From assembly GCF_000014265.1 (NCBI RefSeq), contig NC_008312.1, positions 3,600,001 through 3,632,000 of the forward strand: 32,000 bases of DNA, written 5' to 3'. Below the pieces are notes generated by a model. It saw nothing but the letters and a program-made list of their open reading frames with translations, did no database searches and was not told the DNA's origin. Source of the DNA: Trichodesmium erythraeum IMS101. Lineage in GTDB: Bacteria > Cyanobacteriota > Cyanobacteriia > Cyanobacteriales > Microcoleaceae. How positions within the stretch are numbered: position 1 is the stretch's first letter; the number at the start of each line of letters is the position of its first letter. The position numbers and the translations under genes are program-made. Of this stretch, positions 26,091 through 32,000 are shown one piece after another.

Positions 26091-27389
26091 TTAAGGGGAT
26101 AAAGGGAGGTCTAATTTTATTGGGTATTCTTGGCAGCTATCTATTTGAAATAATAATTCATAACATGGTCGTTTTTTTAGGGCCTGGTTTATTTGATTGA
26201 TTATTTTCAGATATTCTGTTTTTTTAGTTTGAATTTGATTTTCAATACTTTGGTTCTCGGGAATATTTTCTAGTTCTTTAATTGCTATTTGTAGTTCGTC
26301 TCTGGCAATTTCTAATTCTGCTTTTTTCTGGGATGTTTTGGCTTTGTTAATGGCTAATTTTGCTTTTTTAATAGTTAAATTTAAGCTTTTCTTGGCTATA
26401 ATTTCTATATTTTCAATATCTATTTTTTTGTATAGCTCTTTGCTTTTGTTCAGGTTTATAAAAATATTTGTTGCTTGGCTAAGAATAGTCACAATAATAG
26501 CAATAAAAGTTAGGGATATTTGTATTATTAATAATTTGCTATTTTGCATTTTTGAACTGGGTGCTGGAGCTGGATTTTGTAATACTCTGGTTGGTATTAG
26601 AGACTGAGGTTTATTTAGTTCGGTTAACATTTCTGTGGCTGTATTGTAGCGATCGCTCAAATTTTCTTCTATGGCTCTACTTAAAATATTGCTAAATTCT
26701 GAGTTAATATTCGGTACGTCTTTGCGCCAGGAAAATGGATCTATGGGTAGTTGGTTGCTGAGGAGATAAATTGCTGTTAGCCCTAAACTATATATATCAC
26801 TAGCATGGGTGGGTTGACCTTTTTTTTGTTCGGGAGAAATAAACCCTGGAGTTCCAATACCGAGGACGGTATAAGGTGTCTTTTGGTTAACTATGGTGTA
26901 AATTTCTTTGACTATACCGAAGTCTATTAATATGGGTAATTTTTCTCTGTTGACCATGATATTACTGGGTTTAATATCTCGGTGAATTATTTGATTTTTT
27001 TGCAGAAATTCGAGTACTGGCAATATTTTTATTAGTATATCTTTCACTTCTGATTCTGTCAGTTTGCCTTGTTTTTCAAGCCTTTCTTGGAGGTTACCTC
27101 CTGCTATCCATTCTTGAATTAAATAAAATTGATTATTTTCTGAAAAATAGCTGTATAAGTCTGGAATTTGTGGGTGGTTTCCTAGTCTTTCTAAAATTTT
27201 TGCTTCTTGTTGAAATCTTTGTTCTAATTGTTTTTTTAATTGGGGGTTGTAGGAGCTTTTAAGTTGTTTGATTAAACATAGACGGTTAAAGTTTTTGGTG
27301 TCTTTTCCCTGGAATGTTATGCTTAAGTTGGTCTCGTGTAATTTGTTAATAATTTGGTATCGGTTGTCTAGAAGTTGGTTTTTGGTCAT
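26091..27389 (-). CDS. Membrane-anchored Ser/Thr protein kinase (Hanks type) with a C-terminal coiled-coil region
   Basis: 432 aa. It has the catalytic loop HRDIKPSNIM, DFG, GTPGFISPEQ and the invariant Lys context (CLIKQL). One TM segment (LLIIQISLTFIAIIVTIL) is followed by a K/E/I-rich helical tail. Confidence 0.9.
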   Translation of the reverse strand: MTKNQLLDNRYQIINKLHETNLSITFQGKDTKNFNRLCLIKQLKSSYNPQLKKQLEQRFQQEAKILERLGNHPQIPDLYSYFSENNQFYLIQEWIAGGNLQERLEKQGKLTESEVKDILIKILPVLEFLQKNQIIHRDIKPSNIMVNREKLPILIDFGIVKEIYTIVNQKTPYTVLGIGTPGFISPEQKKGQPTHASDIYSLGLTAIYLLSNQLPIDPFSWRKDVPNINSEFSNILSRAIEENLSDRYNTATEMLTELNKPQSLIPTRVLQNPAPAPSSKMQNSKLLIIQISLTFIAIIVTILSQATNIFINLNKSKELYKKIDIENIEIIAKKSLNLTIKKAKLAINKAKTSQKKAELEIARDELQIAIKELENIPENQSIENQIQTKKTEYLKIINQINQALKKRPCYELLFQIDSCQEYPIKLDLPLSP

Positions 27390-27593
27390 TGGTCTTTGGG
27401 GTTGGTGCTTAGAGAGCGATCGCTTTTGGGAATGGGATATTTACAGCTGACGCAGAACTACTATATCTAGTAAGGGTTAAGGGGGGTTAGTTACTCCATA
27501 GAGATCGTACTATATTTTCATGTTTTGCGTAAGTGTTGGTTTATATAATAGCTGGTAATAATTTCTAGGGGTGAGGAGAGGCCTAATAACCTA

Positions 27594-27843
27594 TTATGTG
27601 GCAGGTGTCTGGTTTCAGGTGGCAGGTGGTAGGGTTGAATTTCTACTAAGGTTCATTGGTGCTTTTATTTATTTAATGTAGGCGGCAGGTCTCAGGTTTC
27701 AGGCCGCAGGTGGTAGGGTTGAATTTCTACTAAGGTTCATTGGTGCTTTTATTTATTTAATGTAGGCGGCAGGTCTCAGGTTTCAGGCGGCAGGTGGTAG
27801 GGTTGAATTTCTACTAAGGTTCATTGGTGCTTTTATTTATTTA
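27594..27843. repeat. 3 x 84-nt near-perfect tandem repeat, non-coding, about 200 nt upstream of the kinase start
   Basis: The unit is gtaggcggcaggtctcaggtttcagg(c/g)cgcaggtggtagggttgaatttctactaaggttcattggtgcttttatttatttaat. Unit starts are at about 27594, 27678 and 27762. Each unit contains 2-3 ggcaggt sub-motifs. Confidence 0.9.
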
Positions 27844-28412
27844 GTTGTTTGGCATTGTCAAAAAAGTCTAGTTAGGACTTAGGCAAGGAGACTAATGATA
27901 GGGGCGTTATCGGAAAAATGACATTTTTTTTAATTATATATAGTAGCACTGGGTAAGTTTTGAAGGTATTGATTTTTCAGCATTCCCAGATAATATATCA
28001 GGCTGTTAGTACCCATATACAGAATACTGTTTGGCTATGAAAAACCTCAAGCCTAATGTTTTTCTTGATTTCAGTTTGACTGTGACCGGGTTAGGTTAGT
28101 AATACTGTTTTACGGAAGTTATGCACTCATGCATTCAACTACTCCCTTGAACCCAAGGAGGGAAGTTAAAAGTAAGATTTTAAGATTTGAAAGCTTTGAG
28201 AATACATTGGTTTGAGGAAATTATTTGAGGTTTGCTGTTAATAGTCAGTAGTGTCGCCTAAGTTGATGAACTTGGTATCAGGCTTTAGTCCTGAGAGCCT
28301 GATTTAAATTGCCAATAGTTTCGGGTTAGTCGACAGGTTAGGTTATTAAGGGATATGATCTTCTAGTTATATCAACCAATAGAAAACAACTCATTATTTA
28401 GATATGATTTCA

Positions 28413-30362
28413 TTAAGATCCTCGTAATTCTTTGAGTTGATCTAGAGAGTTTTGATACCATGTTTGATTTCCTTGTTGTTTGTATAAGTCGGCAGCTTTT
28501 TCAAAGTCTGATATAGCTTTTTCCATATTTCTTTGATCCTTGTTAGTCAGACCCCTGGTGTAGTAAGCATTAGCATATTTGGGATTAAGTTGAATGGCTT
28601 GGCTATAGTCAGCGATCGCCAAGTCATATTTTCCCTGGTCATCGTAAACATTACCCCTGTTGTAGTAAGCATAAGCATCTTTGGGATTAAGTTGAATGGC
28701 TTGGCTATAGTCAGCGAGCGCCAAATCATATTTTCTCTGGTCATTGTAAACCAAACCCCTGTTGTTGTAAGGCAGCCAAAGCTGAGGGTTATTTAGTCTG
28801 ATGGATTCGTTATAGTCAGCGAGCGCCAAATCATATTTTCCCTGCTTACGGTAAACCGCACCCCTGTTGTTGTAAGCTTCAGCCAATTTGGGATTAAGTT
28901 GAATGGCTTGGTTATAGTCAGCGATCGCCAAATCATATTTTCCCTGCTCAAGGTAAACACCACCCCTGTTGTTGTAAGCCTCAGCATATTTGGGATTAAG
29001 TTGAATGGCTTGGTTATAGTCAGCGAGCGCCAAATCATATTTTCCCTGGTCATCGTAAACCACACCCCTGTTGTTGTAAGCATAAGCATATTTGGGATTA
29101 AGTTGAATGGCTTGGTTAAACTCAGCGATCGCCAAATCATATTTTCCTTGGTCATCGTAAACCAAACCCCTGTTGTTGTAAGCTTCAGCATATTTGGGAT
29201 TAAGTTGAATGGCTTGGTTATAGTCAGCGAGCGCCAAATCATATTTTCCCTGGTTATAGTAAACATTACCCCTGTTTTTGTAAGCATCAGCATATTTGGG
29301 ATTAAGTTGAATGGCTTGGTTTAAGTCAGCGAGCGCCAAATCATATTTTCCCTGCTTACGGTAAACAATACCCCTGTTGTTGTAAGCATCAGCATATTTG
29401 GGATTAAGTTGAATGGCTTGGTTATAGTCAGCGAGCGCCTGTTCAAATTCTTCCCTATCATGGTGTTTATCTCCTTGTTCATAGTAACTTTCGGCATTCT
29501 GAATTTGAGATGGAGTAACATTATCAGTATTTCCAACAGCCCGATTTTTAGGGGAAGGTATCGGAGAAGGCAAAGCAGCAGAAGTTGACCTCACCAAAAC
29601 CCTGCTCACCTGCTGTGGTATATCCCGCAAAAAAGTCGAAACCAAAACCCCCTCCCCATCTCCAGCCTTTGTCAACCCCACATGAATACCCATCAACTGC
29701 CCCGCCTTATTCAAAACCGCCCCCCCACTCATACCAGGATATACACCCTCACCAGGTACAGTAGGCTCATAATTTAAAAGATCTCCTGCCCGTGGGTTAG
29801 TCACCTTCGCCGGAGTGAACTGAAAACCTTCCCTATTCTCAGCCCCAGGCCAACCCCCCACATAAACTTCACTATTTTTCCTTAACTGACTCGCTTCCCC
29901 TACTTCAGCCACCTTATATTGCTTCACACTAGCAAACTTAAACACAGCCAAATCTGCATCTGGATAACGGTAGATAATTTCTAGCTTCAGAATTTCCGCA
30001 TCCTCCCCCGGTTTTTTACTGCGAACAACTACCCGATAGTCATCTTGGTACTGAAAAATATGCTTGGCAGTGAGCACATAATAAGTAGAACCTTGTTTAC
30101 CAATAATAACCCCCGAACCTGACGAGCTAAAAGGGTCACCTCCAGAAACAGTACTACGAGCAACAACTTCTACAGTAATATTTTCAGCTAATCTATATAT
30201 ATAAATTTGGTTGAAAGGAGCATTGTCTTGTCTAGGAGTAATAATTGGATCAGGTCTAGAAATTTTAGTAGAAACATCTGTACTTATTTGTGATTCATAT
30301 TTATTGCAGCTGACCAGAGCAATAGTAATTAACCCAACAGTTAGTTTAGTAATATGTTTCAT
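28413..30362 (-). CDS. Lipoprotein with a trypsin-like (S1/chymotrypsin-fold) serine protease domain fused to about 10 TPR repeats
   Basis: 649 aa. The signal peptide and lipobox are MKHITKLTVGLITIALVSC. The catalytic triad contexts are TAKHIF, DADLAVFKF and GMSGGAV. About 10 consecutive 34-aa TPRs follow (A.AYNNRG.VY..QGKYDLA.ADYNQAIQLNPKY). Confidence 0.9.
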   Translation of the reverse strand: MKHITKLTVGLITIALVSCNKYESQISTDVSTKISRPDPIITPRQDNAPFNQIYIYRLAENITVEVVARSTVSGGDPFSSSGSGVIIGKQGSTYYVLTAKHIFQYQDDYRVVVRSKKPGEDAEILKLEIIYRYPDADLAVFKFASVKQYKVAEVGEASQLRKNSEVYVGGWPGAENREGFQFTPAKVTNPRAGDLLNYEPTVPGEGVYPGMSGGAVLNKAGQLMGIHVGLTKAGDGEGVLVSTFLRDIPQQVSRVLVRSTSAALPSPIPSPKNRAVGNTDNVTPSQIQNAESYYEQGDKHHDREEFEQALADYNQAIQLNPKYADAYNNRGIVYRKQGKYDLALADLNQAIQLNPKYADAYKNRGNVYYNQGKYDLALADYNQAIQLNPKYAEAYNNRGLVYDDQGKYDLAIAEFNQAIQLNPKYAYAYNNRGVVYDDQGKYDLALADYNQAIQLNPKYAEAYNNRGGVYLEQGKYDLAIADYNQAIQLNPKLAEAYNNRGAVYRKQGKYDLALADYNESIRLNNPQLWLPYNNRGLVYNDQRKYDLALADYSQAIQLNPKDAYAYYNRGNVYDDQGKYDLAIADYSQAIQLNPKYANAYYTRGLTNKDQRNMEKAISDFEKAADLYKQQGNQTWYQNSLDQLKELRGS

Positions 30363-30626
30363 TATAGTTATTTTCTTCCTTAAATATTTAGAAATTACTT
30401 TAATATTTTCTCACCATTCAGCTATTAGCATTTACCTCTCAGGTTTTAAACCTATGCAAGTAACTACTAAAGTTACCTAATGACCAAATTCCCTTCCTTT
30501 CTTTTCCCCTCTTTTCCCTTCCTTTCCTAACATACAGAATGCTACACAAACCGAGCTTTACCAACATAACTTTTTAACTATCCTTTGAGATAAACTCCTC
30601 CTTCCCACGTAACCAGTTAATAACTC

Positions 30627-30654
30627 ATAGCCGATAGCCGATAGCCAATAGCTG
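30627..30654. repeat. Heptanucleotide repeat (atagccg/atagcca), STRR-like, an inverted relative of the one at 25724-25748
   Basis: The sequence is atagccgatagccgatagccaatagctg. Its reverse complement gives cagctattggctatcggctatcggctat, followed by the same ...aatacttac flank. Confidence 0.75.
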
Positions 30655-30764
30655 AATACTTACTATCTTTTAAATTTTAGCCATATTATAACAGCAACTC
30701 CCACAATAATAGACTTAGTTAACCATTCTTGATTTACTAATATTTCTTCACCATTAGTTTATAT

Positions 30765-30905
30765 ATATCGATCCAATTATACCCATCAAATTACAGCTAA
30801 TTTCCCGCAAACGACCTACAAAGTAAATCGTAAAAATCATCCAGTGTAGGCATCTGGCCCCCGTAGACATCTAGCCCCCGTAGGCCTACCTCATAAACCT
30901 GAAAC
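30765..30905 (+). repeat. Dispersed intergenic element of about 130 nt, copy C
   Basis: See copies A and B. It contains the internal 17-nt duplication catctggcccccgtaga / catctagcccccgtagg. Confidence 0.7.
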
Positions 30906-31291
30906 ACCCTGTATATAGATTATGGTAAAACCCCACAAACAGAATAGTTTGTAGTAGAAAACCAGGCCACCAAGTAACTGCTCTCCAGATAACTGACCTC
31001 AGAGCATAGCCTAACTGAAACCTCCGTCAAGGCCCATAACCAAAAGGAGGCTAGTCCTCTATCATCTCCCTATTCCTGATGTAGAGAGATTATATGCAAC
31101 CTCCCTACCCACAGTCCTTTGTATGGAACCTCCCTACGGACCCCCTTCCCCTAGTCCTGAAAAATCCTTTTTGAGCCCACCCTACCTTAAAGTTGGGATA
31201 AAAAAAAGGAGAATCAAAAAAAAGTCCCCCTTTCAGATAAAGACTTAGGGAGAGCAGAAAAATACCATTAAATTAGGTAAGTTGCCAGAAA

Positions 31292-31861
31292 TTATTTAGT
31301 AGGTGAAGAATACCGCAACATTGAATTAATATCAAGAACCTTAATATCCCCATATTGTTCAAAAATAGTAGCTGAATGTCTCAGAGGCTCAACAGAATCT
31401 TTGAGATTTAATTCACCCATTTGATTAACCATTTCTTGAGCATTATCACCAGGTTTAAGAGTCATCAAAACATTAGTATTAGGACAGCTACCAGTATAGC
31501 CATCTAGACTAGAAAGAGCACATAATACAGGTAAGTTATTTGTACGACTAGGAACAATTTTCCTCAAACTTCCTATACTTTGAAAACGATTAAATCTATT
31601 AGAAATTATACGGCAACGCTTCTGGGGATCATATCCAGCATTAATGAAATAATTACTTTCCCAAATAATGAGAGTTATTTTCCCCCGAATGGGATGGTCT
31701 GCAATAGTAGCAGACTTACCATTATCAGTACCACAGTAGAAACTAGCCAAGCCACCATTTTGTTGAGCCCGACTATGGTGAGTTAGACCAAAAATTACAG
31801 CCAAACTAAAACAACTAATAGTTGCCCATCGTTGGACAAATTTAAAATTCATACATAGCAC
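31292..31861 (-). CDS. COP23-family (circadian oscillating protein 23-like) secreted protein
   Basis: 189 aa with an N-terminal signal-like segment. FYCGTDNGKSATIA....G...LIIWESNYF.NAGYDPQKRCRIISNRFNRF matches the remembered COP23 pattern: F.C....G.P.T.A, I.W.S..F...G..P..RC..VS.RF. Confidence 0.7.
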   Translation of the reverse strand: MLCMNFKFVQRWATISCFSLAVIFGLTHHSRAQQNGGLASFYCGTDNGKSATIADHPIRGKITLIIWESNYFINAGYDPQKRCRIISNRFNRFQSIGSLRKIVPSRTNNLPVLCALSSLDGYTGSCPNTNVLMTLKPGDNAQEMVNQMGELNLKDSVEPLRHSATIFEQYGDIKVLDINSMLRYSSPTK

Positions 31862-32000
31862 TCCTTTACCAACAAAGATATAGTAATTATAGTCAAATTT
31901 TTCCTTGAGTTGCTATTTGGAATATAGCTTTAAATTTTTTGTAGTATTCTGCCTTTAAAGTTGGTATCAACAAATAGAAACTTTCAGGTAAAAAAAAAGT

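Noticed and set aside
27594-27843. Possible CRISPR array (regularly spaced repeats)
   Set aside because: The entire 84-nt unit is repeated nearly identically, with no unique spacers between repeats. No cas genes are in the window. It is a plain tandem repeat.
28533-29536. ORFs 28533..28796(+), 28547..28744(-), 28793..29293(-), 28899..29324(+) and 29321..29536(-)
   Set aside because: All lie inside the TPR region of the 649-aa gene, in other frames or on the other strand. Their open frames come from the 102-nt periodicity of near-identical TPR units.
30211-30480. Plus-strand 89-aa ORF
   Set aside because: It overlaps the 5' end (signal-peptide region) of the minus-strand protease gene in antisense and extends into the spacer. 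It is a hydrophobic mirror-image artefact.

Overview
AT-rich cyanobacterial chromosome segment. It has at least 15 HIP1 GCGATCGC sites, heptanucleotide STRR-like repeats and a large non-coding fraction. Composition and gene content resemble a buoyant filamentous cyanobacterium such as Trichodesmium, but the taxon cannot be verified without a search.

nt 1-17300 is a rearranged gas-vesicle (gvp) island. In order it contains:
- two paralogous tandem-repeat proteins (the first truncated by the window edge);
- a two-domain ArsA/Get3-family ATPase and a K/E-rich coiled-coil ORF;
- gvpN-gvpJ-small CxxC ORF-gvpK;
- a second, decaying tandem copy of that whole unit: arsA relic, ORF138 relic, intact gvpN2-gvpJ2-small ORF, pseudo-gvpK, and a gvpN 3' relic;
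- a CDC48-like double-AAA+ ATPase and gvpG, both on the minus strand;
- gvpF, a relic of the AAA+ gene, and a second GvpL/F-family gene;
- a protein with 35-aa repeats.

gvpA and a recognisable canonical gvpC are not in the window; gvpA presumably lies upstream of nt 1.

nt 17300-32000 holds ordinary genes: smpB, two membrane proteins, a GH57-like glycoside hydrolase, a hypothetical, an orphan Hpt protein, a Ser/Thr kinase, a lipoprotein trypsin-like protease fused to about 10 TPRs, and a COP23-family protein. These are separated by long spacers carrying tandem and dispersed repeats.

The most interesting points are:
- the ArsA/Get3-type ATPase behaves as a co-duplicated member of the gvp module;
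- two unrelated repeat-protein families flank the island and are candidate GvpC-type shell-strengthening proteins;
- a small, fast-diverging CxxC ORF is kept between gvpJ and gvpK;
- the segmental duplication and decay can be traced in detail.

Coordinates of non-ORF features were read by eye and may be off by a few nt.
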